A stretch of 64,000 nucleotides of DNA from Paramecium tetraurelia (lineage: Eukaryota). Position 1 is the stretch's first letter. Each line of letters opens with the position of its first letter. Under the pieces are notes generated by a model. The model saw only the letters and a list, made by a program, of their open reading frames with translations. It made no database searches and was not told where the DNA came from. The translations under genes were made by a program, and so were the position numbers. Location of the stretch: assembly GCA_000165425.1 (NCBI GenBank), contig CT868008.1, positions 310,001-374,000 of the forward strand. The letters run 5' to 3'. Shown here in pieces: positions 39,220-52,430 of this stretch.

Positions 39220-39698
39220 TTTATTAATATGAATAATTATAACTTAGTTATACTCCATATTTTATTAAGACTAATGTAACTAACTTCATTTCTTAAAACC
39301 TCCAAATTTTGATATAGAAACTATTGAATAACATAAATCATATTGTCCAAGAGTTGGATTTCGATTAAATTATTTCTAAAAATCCCATTATTTTAATTGA
39401 TCTGATTTAAAAGAGACTTCAAATTTTAAATGAAACTTCTCTTACAAACTCATAATTTGGATTGAAGTGAAAAATAATTACATTTTCATATAATAAACAT
39501 AACATTTCAGACTCTTTTAAAATATTTTTATTATATCATCAATGTATATAATTAATTGAGAAATTAAAATAGCTATTTTAAGACATTTCTTTATTAATGC
39601 TATTTCATAATTTGAGTTGAATATATACTAAAAAAGAAAGTTATATCTTAAAGGAGATAACAGTTGATTATTTAGAAAACCAACTTAGGAAATCAGAA

Positions 39699-40495
39699 TC
39701 ATGATTTATCATTATATGCTAAAATATGAAATTTGCATCTTTCATAGGCACTGAAAAAAACAATTCCCGAGGTTGATATCTGCATAGTTCTGATGTGAAC
39801 TGCTCTGAAAAATCCTAAAACTCCTTCAGTTTCATAAATCAGCTTTATGCATTCACTAATTGAATCATAGAATTAGTTTCTTTGAGTCATTAATTTAGCT
39901 TTCACGACATCACAAGGTGTAGTTAAAAATGCGGCTGTTCCCCCTGCAACAGCTCCATTTACAGCATGATCCACAACTCCATCATTACCAAAATGAGTTT
40001 TCATTTTTTCATACAATGGAAATTATATTGCACTAAAAGGAATTTCCCTCATAATGAAAGTGGGAAACCCAGCATAAAAACCTCGAAATCCTTAAATTTA
40101 ATATATTGATCTTATAGTATTTCTAATATTTGGATCTAATCCAACTTACATCTAATTTTTCACTACTTCAAATGGGTTTCGAAAAAAGTCGACAGCAAAC
40201 TCACCTAATCCAGCTGCAACTATATGTGAACATCCGTTTTTTTTTGCTGTATCATAAGTCGAGAAAAATAAAAAAGCAGATGGAAAAGAGACTGTCAACT
40301 GGGCAAGCAGCTTTTTAGCTATTAAAACAATAATACTCCTCTATATTTATTAATCCTGGCTGCTGATTTATAATAATCAATTTTGATGTTTGATGCTTGA
40401 ATTCTTGTTCTAATAGTTTCTACAGGAAAGAAAAGAAAGTCTGTAAAAATTCCAGCAGATCCCCCAGCCACTCCAGATATCAATATTTAATCCAT
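39699..40495 (-). CDS. Mitochondrial carrier, S-adenosylmethionine carrier (SLC25A26/Pet8)-like
   Basis: GVAGGSAGIFTDFLFFPVETIRTRIQ, RNPFEVVKNQMQ, GFYAGFPTFIMREIPFSAIQFPLYE and AAFLTTPCDVVKAKLM. Confidence 0.9.
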
Positions 40496-41025
40496 TATAT
40501 TTAATAAAATGCAGAAATGCTTGCAAATTTAATTCTAATATAATTCTTAAAATAATCTTTTTATAAAACGCTAGAACTTAAAACTTTTTCTTTCATGCAT
40601 TCATCCATAAAACTTTTAAGTTTTTCAAAAATGAACTAGATAACTTCATAAATAATTGTCATATATTTTGAGAGCTGAGTAGAATTATGCTCTTAAAATT
40701 ATAAAATTCTAAATTATGATCTTATTAATTTATATTCCAAAAAATTAGCTTTGTAAAATAGTAGCATCAGAAAATGTCTATTTTACTTCTGAGAATTCAT
40801 TTAAATAATATTTTGTAAATTGTTCCTAAAATAATTTCTAAAATTTAAAACATTTATTTCTGTTTATCGAACTCCAAAAGGGCTTATTTTTAGAAAACCT
40901 AAGAAAATATTAAGAGATCATTAAATAATATTTTGGCTTTTCAAAATTATAAGCTTTAATGACATTTATAAATATTATTGGATTTCATATAAGATTTTAT
41001 TTTATATTCTTAAAAACATATATAT

Positions 41026-42718
41026 TCAACCTTATTTGCTTTTTACTGACTCATATTTATTAACTAATTCTTTCCATTGCTCAGTCTAATTGATTTAAAA
41101 ATACACTTACATATTTTTGGCATAGTTTTTGCTTAGCATATAGAAATCCACCAAAATTTGCATTTACTTTAAGTAAGTCAGCTCTAAATTATTCATCCAT
41201 AGCCTTAGAAAATTATTGTATCATATACACTAATTGATCCTAAAGTTGTTAATTTTATTAAGTTTCTGGAACATATAGAAAGCTTTTTAAGTAGTCAGAA
41301 TCTGCTGATAATTTATCAAATTCAGATTAATCAAATTTGTTTTATTAAATTATTCTTTATACAATTAATTTCAACTCATTATTCTTAATAAGATCATCTT
41401 TCTTCTTATTTAAATTATTATGATCTTACACAAACTTATTTTTAATTTCATTAACATTTTAACATAATCTAATGTATGATTTATGACTTCCCAATAACTT
41501 TGCGAATGTTAATTTTAAATGATTATCAAGTAAAGCACAAGAGTCATCTATCTCATAGATTATTTAATTAAAATGATCATTAACCAAATTAATGTAATCA
41601 ATAAGTCCACTTTAATCGGGATATTTTGGTAAAGTATTAGTGAGTTCAAATAAACATTAGGCAGCATTTCCTAAAAAATCTTAAGATTTTTTCTGATAAG
41701 CAAAGAATTCATTCATATTACCTATTACTTAGTTGAGGAGATTGATAGCATTTTTTGGATAAGATGATTGATCTAAGAATTTTTAATAACTATCAAAAGT
41801 TAAAGAGACCTTAATTTCCCCTGTTTTAGTCTATTTTTGTTGTAAATTATATCTCTTTTCTTTTTATAATTCATCTTTAAGTTTCTTTTATAACAATTGA
41901 TCATTGACTTCATTAACAAACCACAAACAAGGCTATATTGTTCTTATTATTGGTATTTTGTTATAAATGGAGAGTAAATTCTAAATTTTAATAAAAATTA
42001 CTTTTATTGAAAGAATAATCTCCTCCATCATAGGTAGCATATCCTCTAATTTAGTGTATCCTCCATAAGGGAATCTAGGAATCTATTAAATCGATTAATC
42101 TCATACAATTTTTTCAGGAAAGTATTGACAAATTATATTCCTCAATTCTGCAAATTCTTGTAAAGTTCTTTAGACTTTCCACTACATTGGAAACGTTTAA
42201 ATTTAGAATACTACAATACTTTTTTACGTGATAAAAGACCATAATCCTGAATCTCTTACTTCCTAGGGACTAAATTATCATTTATGTTTACTGTGAAATT
42301 TAAAATTATAACTCAACATCATTTTCAATAAGATACTTTTCTTATTAACATCTTATAACTTTTTCATAGGGATCCAAAGAGATATTATCCTAAATAGTTT
42401 AGGAATTTATACAATATAGATTTTATGTTAATTTGAAACAATTACTGAGTATAATTTTTCATCAATGTTTTAGAATCCGTAGATTTCGTTTTCTTAATTT
42501 TAAGGTAATTTTTAATTCTTCTTGAGAGATTGAAAATTGTCTATACATATTTTTAAATCCTCATAACTCCACGATGATAGATCATCTAAGATCAGAATAT
42601 CTATATTACCTTTCTCTGGTGCTTAGGCTTGCACATACTGCTCAAACTCTTCTTGGCTGTATTGTTTATTTATGATTTCTTCAATTAAAAGTTTCTGTAA
42701 TATTTCAATATTGTTCAT
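41026..42718 (-). CDS. PX-domain protein (sorting nexin-like)
   Basis: N-terminal LLIEEIINKQYSQEEFEQY...DLSSWSYEDLK; PX-like VFQIQTFPMQWKVQRTLQEFAELRNIICQYFPEKIIPRFP; helical BAR-like C-terminus; several short introns. Confidence 0.8.
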
Positions 42719-42748
42719 TATTAATAAGAGTTATTTAATTAATAGTAA

Positions 42749-43193
42749 ATGGAGGTACTTATTATCAGTTGATGTATGAAGTGTAGGTTGAACAAGAGTA
42801 GACAGTAGTAATACGAGAAACCAACAAAAAAAGAGAACAATTCCGACATGATTTGAGAAGGAAAGCTTTAAATGAGTAATTTAAGGTAAATTAATTTTCT
42901 ATATGAAAAGAGAAAGAGAACGCCTGCAAAGGAATTAGATATGTTAAATATACTTAAGAAACTTAAAAATAATGAGTCAGAACTAGTATTAAAAAAATTT
43001 ATTGTTTTAGTGCAAAGTATTAAGATTAATGCTGGATGCAAAACTAGAAGAAAATGAAGACATAGCACAATTTTTACGAGAATTATTACAAGAAAATTTG
43101 AATTAGGAAATAAGATAATTGTGTAAATCATTGATAAATCTTAAATTCTGTTGCATTCCTTAACCTGCAATCAAAAATAGACAATAACATTGA
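42749..43193 (+). CDS. Short protein starting with an importin-beta-binding (IBB)-like basic helix; possibly truncated
   Basis: After two short introns it reads MEVEQEQTVVIRETNKKREQFRHDLRRKALNEQFKRKR...; the frame ends at TGA 43191-43193, and the 3' structure is uncertain. Confidence 0.45.
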
Positions 43194-43673
43194 ATGATTT
43201 TGTAAATATAGCACTTATAAATATTATTATTTGAATCCCTGACAATTTTGATTCGAGTAATGCCTTAGCAACTTATTAATCCAATAAGTTAAACTAAATA
43301 AAGTGAAAAAATATTAGAACACACCATTTTGAGAGTTCGATTATTATCAAATTAATCAAAGGTGTAAATTTGTATTTAAAATCTGCTTTCATTTAATAAT
43401 TCTTATAAGACTAGACAAATCAATTGAAATAGAAGCAACCAAAACATTCAAATATATTTAAAGAAAACCTTTCTATAAATGAAATTTCATAGACTTTTTT
43501 TCTCATAACTTATATATTTATAAACTCATACCGATCTGATGATTAAAAAGTATTTAATAGTATTTTGCTGACATTCTATAATGATCATTAAAAACAATTT
43601 AAATCATTATAAAGAAATAATCTAAAACCGAATATAAGAATTAATATCATAGATATTTATTTTATATTAAAAT

Positions 43674-44266
43674 TCATTTTACTTTTTTGTTGTTTTTGTC
43701 TCCTTGAATATTTTTTAATTCCTTGTACTATAAGAAAATTTATTAAAGTGGAACGACAATCCAAATTTGGTTTACTATTACAAAGACAAACCAAAAATAA
43801 AATATATTGGATTATGTAAATGAAAAACAACTTCCATGACATACATCTACGAAGTCTCTAAGCCATGCATTGACTATAAACAGCACAGTTCCCATAATCT
43901 AGACAGCTGAAACAAAAGTAATTAATATTGCTGTCAATATAGGATTTGCCTTAGATCTTTATCTAATTGCAATCCATATACACATTGGCCCCATAAATAC
44001 CAATTCTATACCTGTCACAACTATTACTGTTAGCTCCTTCTCTGGATATCTAGCATCTAATTAACTGTACTAAGCAAAGAGCCTCACAATACTAATAGTT
44101 AATACCATTTATTCATTTGACATAAACCGACCAATCCATCAAGATAAATATGAATCCATATTCCATTAATGATAAACCAATAATATGAAATGCTGGGGCC
44201 TTTGACAAAAAAGAGTGAAACCACAATAAATGCCAAGATAATAAGATTTTCTTAATCTAATATCAT
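43674..44266 (-). CDS. Emopamil-binding protein / sterol delta8-delta7 isomerase-like (EXPERA) membrane protein
   Basis: YWFIINGIWIHIYLDG, QYSQLDARYP, TGIELVFMGP, SAVQIMGTVLF and FYFWFVFVIVNQIWIVVP; one 23-nt intron; lysine-rich C-terminus KKVK*. Confidence 0.85.
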
Positions 44267-44489
44267 TAATTAAATTTTTAATTGTATAATATTATTAATT
44301 TAGCATCTAAATAATATTCTTAATTAATATCTGACGAGCTTATAAAACCACTAAGTTGATAATAAATTTAATTTAGTTTAAGTTGGTTGTTTTCAATAAA
44401 CAATTCGATATATGAATTTATCTAAGACTTTATTTAATTATTTTACACATTAAATAATAAAAATGTATAAATATCATTTCTTTTTGTAT

Positions 44490-47400
44490 TCAAGCCCAAG
44501 AATAATCATACTTTTACTATAATTCAAAATCAAATCTCTTAATCAATTATTTTTTATCCTTCCTTGTTTACAACTATTATTGTTGATTTGATATCACACT
44601 AATTTTATTCACAGACATCTACTAAAGGAACTTAGACTCAGAAATTTATTATGTGACAGCATATTATTTCAAAACTCTCTCCTTTTAAACTATTGATATT
44701 TCAGATAATTTACTCTTATATGAAGTTTCTGTTTAGCATGTGTCACAAAATGGAATTTTATAGATGCCTTTTAAGACACAATAATCATGGAAAACGTGAG
44801 AACATGTAAAAGCAATAGCAAGTTCAGAATCAATTATATGATTTTAACATCTTTAACAAATATGATTGCAAATCCATGCACTTTACTAAAACTAAATGAA
44901 TTATTACATTAATTTCTTTTAATTATTGTATGATCTGATATTTCTCATTACTCTAGATTAATGAAGTTTCTTTTAATGTTCTTAGATCATCATGAAACTT
45001 ACTCACAACTCTATAAATAGTCTATCTAAATACAGATACTGGTAATTAAGGATAGTTAAGATTTAATTGATCAAATATTTATGAGACTTAGACTTTATCA
45101 CTGATTCTTGCTAAATATTCACTTAAATAAAGACTCAATAAATCTTTCACACTTTAAGGGATATTTGGCATAATGAATGTTCTTATTTTATTTTGATTTA
45201 TATATAGATTGACAAAATGCATCCATAACGTCTAATCATCATCATTATTAGATTAATTTTACTTTAAATCCTCTAAAATCATTTAAATAATGGTTTCTAA
45301 TTTACACTTTAATTTATCAGTGCAATTATTATCCAGAGTCTACTTTTTCATTAGCAAAGCTATAGACTTTTTGATTTTCTTTAAGAACGAATTGATATAT
45401 ATATCCAATGCTTATTTTATAGCTCCACTAATTTAATGAATATAGGCAGCTGCCTAATTGATCTTAAATTCCTTTGCCAATCTTAATGCTTCATCCAATG
45501 GAAAATTCATGCTTTTAATAGCCTATAATACTTATTTAGGCTGAGTTTCACATAATCTTTTGAGATAGAGTATTTTGGTTTAATCATTAATTAAAAACAC
45601 TTTTTAAGATTAAAACAAGTAGGATATGAAATTAGCAAAGTATTTCTAATCTTCAAAATCTTTTTAAAAACAACTCAATATCTAAAAGTGTTTCTGATGA
45701 AAACATTTTTCAATTAATTTATACGTTTATTATTCATCTATTGTAATTAGGTATTTCAAAATTTCTAATATAAATTCATCATTTTGAGAATTCAAAATCA
45801 TTGGCCTTAATTCAACCAATTACTAAATCCACGGAAAAATTAGTTCTCTAATCTAAGGATTTACTATTTTAAATGCTTCAAAAGCCTTTTTATATTGTTG
45901 TTATTGAGAATATATGAAGACTAAAGCTAAAGAAAACTTTTTAACAATTGAAGCTGAAAACTCTAAATCAGACAATTATTGTTCTGTAAGTTTTTTCGAC
46001 ATCATCACACGGATGATAAATTGATTAACTAATAGTATATCATTGTTGAGTTATAATAGAAATTCGTAGTTTCTACATAGTGTGTAAATTGTTTCATAGG
46101 CTACTTGGGATGAAAAAGAAAACTTTTATATTAACAATTTTGCAGTTAAGTATGATATCCAAATATCTGATTTTGGAAACTCTAATTTTCTAACTGATAA
46201 ATACATTAGTCTATGGGTTGAACTTCGCACATTATTTTAGTCAAAATCAAATAGAGAGCTTTCAGTCTCATCGACTTAAAATTTTAATACAATCTCTGCT
46301 CCACTATTCTCAATGCAAGTTTATGCTTTACCAATATAAAATTAATATATTATATCTATAGCTCCCTTTGGATCTTTATTAATAAATTTAAATAGATTTT
46401 CACTTACAAATAGAAACTAAATTAAACTCCGTAAAGCAATAGTAAATTATTCGTCAGTTAGATTCTTTCCTTCAAATGATTTACCCTCTAAAATGCTCAA
46501 AATATATTTTTGGCATTCCTCTAATAACTAATCTCCTCCAAACAATTTTACAAGCGGAGTTACAAAGTCTTGAGACATTTGACAAACATAGATCATCTCA
46601 TTATACATTTTCATTTGTTCACAGCAAGTAATTAATATAGCACTTGATATCCTATGAAAATCAGTCGAACAAACTAAATGATGTATCATCTCAACATTTT
46701 ATTAATTTTAATACATTTTACATAATTCGTATAATTATTAATCAGGTATGTAAGGAATCTAATGCTGTCTAAGTAGGCTTTCAATTGTATTAACAAAGAC
46801 ATCTTTGTATCCCAAATCAGATGTGACATCACTGATAATAGTAAATAAATAATGCTCTTGTTTAGTTTTTATTAAAAACTTAATAATCTCGGATAAGGAT
46901 TAGACAGTTAGATTTTTTTATTTGCCCAAAAATAAGCATTCAGTAAAGGCTAATTTTTAGAGTAATTCTGATAATTAATCAGAAGGGGCAATTTTAATCA
47001 TTAATAAATCACCATTCATAATTCTAACTGCATTTTACATAGCTTTTCTAAACTCCAACTAATCTGCTTGGTTCTATAACAAAGTTCTACAATCTTATAG
47101 CATCATGAATTCAAAAGAGTCTTCAGTTAAGCCTAACATAAAGTGACCATTAAATTTTTTGATTTTCAAAGATTGATTGAGATAGTTTAATTTGTTCTCA
47201 CACATCTTGAATTCTGTTGTATGCACAAGTGCAAAGCCATCATCAAATAAAACTACAAATATATCAGAATCACAACATTCCAGACCATTTATTTTTCTTT
47301 CATTTTCTAATTGCTTGACTCCAATTTCATCAACTGTAATTGAGCCTCCAAAAATTTCATACATAAACAAATGAATGACATTGCCATAACTACAGCAAAA

Positions 47401-48240
47401 TGAATATCTAATTTAACTACTATTATCTAAGCAAGTTGATAGACATGCCCAACCAGAATCTATTTGATCGTTCTATAAATTATACAATTGAACTGGTGTT
47501 TCTTTATTAGTTTTGCTTACTCTAATAATTGAAATTCGATTGTGCATTTGATATAATAAGAATGCATAATTTTCATTGCTTCCTTGTAAGACTAATAACT
47601 CGTAAAGGATGCTAAATCCTGAATCATTAAACTTTTTTTGTTTTGAATCTATAATTGATCCACTTTATGTTAGCTCCTAGGTTGAAAATTATACATTCCT
47701 CTTATTAAAGAGCTTAAAAATGTTGCATTTGATTTTGGAAGAGTTACCCTTGAGATCAGCAATCACAACTTCATACCAATCTAATTGTTTTTAGGATTCA
47801 TTAATCACTCTTAGAAATGAAAAAGGAACCTAAACTTATTCTAATTTATAGGTACCAATAATTGAAAAATCCTTTGAGATTTCAATTAATAATATGTATT
47901 CTAGTTGTAAAATGAACAAGCAATCCTCAGTTTCTTAGATTATAAGGGAATTTTATATTTCTAGTTTCTGAATCAATTTAATTCCAGTTCTAATATCAAA
48001 AACCTGGACTCTTTTTTGACTGCCTAGGTATACGAATCTATTTGAACAATGCATAATGTTTATATATTCTTGAAAGGGTAACTTAACAGATTGCTTGACA
48101 ATAATAGGATTAACAAATTCATTTTCAAATTGAAATTCTTATAGAGGATGTTTAATAATTTCTTGATATGTGACTTAAGGATGAGAATTCAAGAACTAAT
48201 GAAATTATTCAAAGTTTTTGTACTCTACAAATTTAAACAT
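44490..48240 (-). CDS. VPS8: Vps8-like CORVET subunit (beta-propeller, alpha-solenoid, C-terminal RING)
   Basis: Long intron-poor frame with DVFVNTIESLLRQHQIPYIPD, EMIYVCQMSQDFVTPLVKLF and YILSILEGKSFEG, plus C-terminal CQRC...FTCSHVFHDYC...CDTC. Confidence 0.75.
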
Positions 48241-48460
48241 AAAAATTATAAATAAAAAATTACATTACTAAACAAAATGTATTTTATGCTAAACATTATA
48301 TAATCAATAAGAAAATAAGTATGTTTATTTTTAAATCAGGAAATTGTATATTAATTTGGTTATTCTACTCCTTTAGATTGATTTTTATTAGAAGAGGATT
48401 AAATATTTCATTGAATAAATTTAATCACTATATTATATTAAAATTATATAATAAGTCTAA

Positions 48461-49894
48461 ATGTAGCTGAAGGAAGTAGATGAAAATGATGAGGAAGAAA
48501 CATGTTTCTTCTGTTTTACGATAAGTAGAAAGAAATAACAAAGTAGAACCTCTCAAGCATAATCAAATGACAAAATGAGCATGCAGCATTTATCCTACGA
48601 TCATCACATTATTGAATAAGGAAGATAAGTAATGCAAGATTCAAATTTGAAAGTAGTGGAGTCAGTATTGAAGATCTCCGACTATCCAAAAAATAAATTA
48701 TTTTTCTTAAGAAATAAGGCTAGTAAAGAAGAAATAATAGCTAAAATTACAGAAAAGAGATTTAATATTAATGATTTGTCTGGCTCTACTCTAGGATTAG
48801 ATTCTCCAAAATCAGCACTATAGGAGTAACTATCCTAAATAGAATACACTCCTGATCATGTTGCTAGATACATAGCAAAAAGACTCAAGGAATTTGTTAT
48901 TATCACTGATTTAGGTTGTGGAGTGGGAGGTAATACAGTTTAACTGGCCAAAGAGTGTCATTATGTCATAGGGGTAGAAATAGAGAGTAAATTGATTGAA
49001 TTGGCAAAGAAGAACTGCCACCATTCAAGAGTGAATGTAGATCTAATTAATGCAGATATTTTTACTTTGAATAACTTGAAAACTGATGTAATTTTTGTTA
49101 ACCCAAGCTTAAATGCAGAAGCATCTCAACAAAAAGACTTATTAAAAAGCTTCAATCCTGATATCAACAAAATATTATTGAACCATTAAAAAAATACGAG
49201 GAACTTTGTTTTTCAATTGCCTGCCCAAATCGATATATCTTAATTGCCTTTATTGCTTAATATCAATTCTCAATTTGCCTATTTTAGATAAAATTGCCCC
49301 TCTTTTTGCAGCATCGAAATAGAGTAGATCATTCTAAATCAACAACTTGAATATATAGTAGTGTATTGTGGAGATGTATCTGATGTATTTATTGATCATC
49401 TAAACTTATTTAGATTAAATAATCAGAGATAATTAAATTTCTTACTAAATAGTTTCGTAAGGTTCAATTTGATTTCAATTCGATTCAGAAATAACATTTA
49501 TTCTGGCTCTTCGAATTGATCAATAGAAACATCGGAATTCAAAATCTTATTTACAGAGCAGTGGAGGCAATTAAGTAGAAGAAATCTATAGAAAACTTCT
49601 GTAAATTTATTTAACAATATTTTTAAATACACTAAGATCTTTACTAAACCTATACTAATCAGTAAGTTTTCATATAACTTAAGCTATAACAATGAAAAAG
49701 ACGAGATGTACTCTGTGTCAAAACAGGACATTGATCAATAAGACATAGATAATATGAGTCCGAGCAATTTCTCATATAAATAAATCGAAGTTGCTCATAT
49801 GCACTAATCCTATACTAATGAGAATGTGTTTGAAGTATTTGAAGATGAAGAAGTTGATGCTCATAATTCATTTGTGATGAATGTTAAACAATGA
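48461..49894 (+). CDS. Trimethylguanosine synthase (TGS1)-like SAM-dependent methyltransferase, divergent
   Basis: YTPDHVARYIAKRL, ITDLGCGVGGNTVQLAK, VIGVEIE...IELAKKN and INADIF...DVIFVNPSL; one intron near 49385-49413. Confidence 0.75.
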
Positions 49895-50021
49895 GATATT
49901 TCATATTATTTGACTTTACAAATTAATTTATTAAAATATAGGGGTTTGTGAACAATATAACCTGAATTGATATTATAATAACGCATTAAATTAAAAGAGA
50001 TTTATTAATAATTCTATATTG

Positions 50022-51415
50022 TCAATCGCAAATGGCTATATCACGTATGGTAAATTTGCCTTCCTCATGGCTTTTTGCAATTCTTAGATACTTTTCAATT
50101 TTCTTATGTATTAAAGAACACAATACTTCTCTGCAAATGTAACAATTTTTCTGTTTTTCTAACCATTTTTAAATGCACTCTTCACATATTCCTCCATGTT
50201 GACATGGCAATAATACGATATTAGGTTCTACGTCATAACAGATTTGACATTTCTCTTCGCTGTGTTTGATTAGTTCTAATTCCCTTTCAGCTGCGGGAGA
50301 TTGCAATTATTCTGTCTTTCCCACAAATTCAAATGCCTTCAACTTAGTTTTATTATGAATCACAGATTGATTGCTATGAGTAACAGTGATGATGTTCTTC
50401 TAATAATTGATGATGTCAAAATAAGTAGATGATATTTGAATGATTTTATAGGGGATGTTGACTTTAATGAATTGCTTCTGAACTTTCTGAGTTGCTTCAT
50501 TAGATGAGTTTTATCTCATTTCAATGATATACAATCTCTAAATACTTGAGATTATTACTTAATATATGAAAAGAATAATATTAATCCCAAAAGTATGAGA
50601 CCGTTGTAAATGATTAAGACTAAGAATAGAGTGGACAAAGTATTTGAATAGTTGGTTTCTTCATGCCAACTAACTTCTAATAGAAACCACATTGGAAATA
50701 TTGAGAACGAATTCATATAAAGCGATAGCCATAAGCCTCCTATCACTGTTATTATGATGTATATGTACATTGAGTTTTGGTTGTTCTCTTCCTAATGAAG
50801 TCCACGATAGTCTCTCCAATGGAGAGTAAGAACACGAAATATACAATGAAGGATAGAATCAACAACCCCCAAGAGATACTAAATACACTGTACCAATTCC
50901 AATTGATAGTCTTGGTTTGCTTCATTGTCATCAGCATTATTTATAGAACAAAGAGTAATTTGATTCCTTAAGCGATCTCTTATTTATATAAATGTTTACG
51001 AAAGAGTATTATGTTATTTATTGATTGTTAGATATTTTCCGAATATTCTGAACTAGCACTCTGATGAAGTAGTAAGCCATGATTGCATAACTAAAATATT
51101 AGATTTGGAATCGCTGATAATATTTCACATTAATTAATAGTAATAATTTGAGCACACTCCCAATCAATGTATCCATTATTAGATTATGTACTATAGCTTT
51201 ATATCTACATTAATTCAAATGTACTTTATTTTCAATAGACCCAAAGCTGTTAACATAAATATATCAAGCAGCCAATACTATGACATCAAATATAAAGGAT
51301 CAAAGTTCCAAATGAGATAGGAAAGATATATAATCTGATAAGACTATGATATTTGTTACAGAAACAACAATTACCATATTTTTATATTTACATCGTTTGA
51401 TGTTTCATCTCTCAT
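50022..51415 (-). CDS. Multi-pass membrane protein with a C-terminal RING finger (putative E3 ligase)
   Basis: Several hydrophobic helices (WNWYSVFSISWGLLILSFIVYFVFLL and others) and a C-terminal CQICYDVEPNIVLLPCQHGGICEECAFKW...CYICR; several short introns. Confidence 0.8.
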
Positions 51416-51567
51416 GTTTATAATTCTTTGAATTATTATTTATAAATATATTTTCCTTATTAAGCTAATATAAACCACACAACGATATAAGTGTTTAAAG
51501 AATAGTAAAACAATTGAATTCTCAAATTTAAACATAAATGTTATGTAATATTTCTATTTATACAATA

Positions 51568-52372
51568 TCAAAATAATTTGGCTTCAGTTCTTAATTTCTG
51601 CAAAAGCACATCCACATTTTCTACAATAGCTCCTCCTTTTCTAACTGCAGGAGCCTCAGTTTTAGTGATTTAAATGGAATTGTGTAATTTGCCTAATTTA
51701 TCAAGTGGAATAGTTTCTAATGGTTTAGATTTTGCCTAAATTGAGATACATCAATATTTGTTTACTTTCATAATATTAGGAACACTAGCGAATCTTGGTT
51801 GATTAAGTCTTAAATCGCAAGTGATTACTCCTGGCAATTTGAATTTGACAGTCTAGAGTCCTCCATCGATTTCTCTGATAACCTATGCTACTCCATCTGT
51901 AATTTATATATTGGAAGCAAATGTTGCTTAGGGCCAATCCAATAATCCAGCCAACATTTATCCTGTTTAATTGAAATCATCATCAATTGATTACTTACCC
52001 ATTAAGACGAGATTATAACTAGGATTACAAACTGATTTACTTATCTCTCTCAACCAATTTGGCTAAGATATTGGCAACATCTAATGGCTACACAGCTTAA
52101 TCAATTCTAGCTTCAGTTGTGACATGAATTGCTTTATCAGCCCCCAAAGCAAGAGCATGTCTTAAACTTTCTGCTCCCTATTTTGGTCCAATGGTGACTG
52201 CAACAATTTCAGCTATCAACTTTTTTTCTTTCAATCTGACAGCCTCCTCTACTGCTATTTCACAGAAGGGATTGATTGTCATCTTAACTCCTTGAAGATC
52301 TATGCCTTCTGGTTTGACTCTAACTTTTATTCCTGAATCTACGACTCTTTTGACAGCCACCAAAACTTTCAT
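51568..52372 (-). CDS. ETFB: Electron transfer flavoprotein beta subunit
   Basis: [12 protein letters not shown]...[57 protein letters not shown] and [17 protein letters not shown]. Confidence 0.97.
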
Positions 52373-52430
52373 TTAATAATATTTATATATCAAATACATT
52401 GATGTTATAATTATATGATTATCTTCATAC

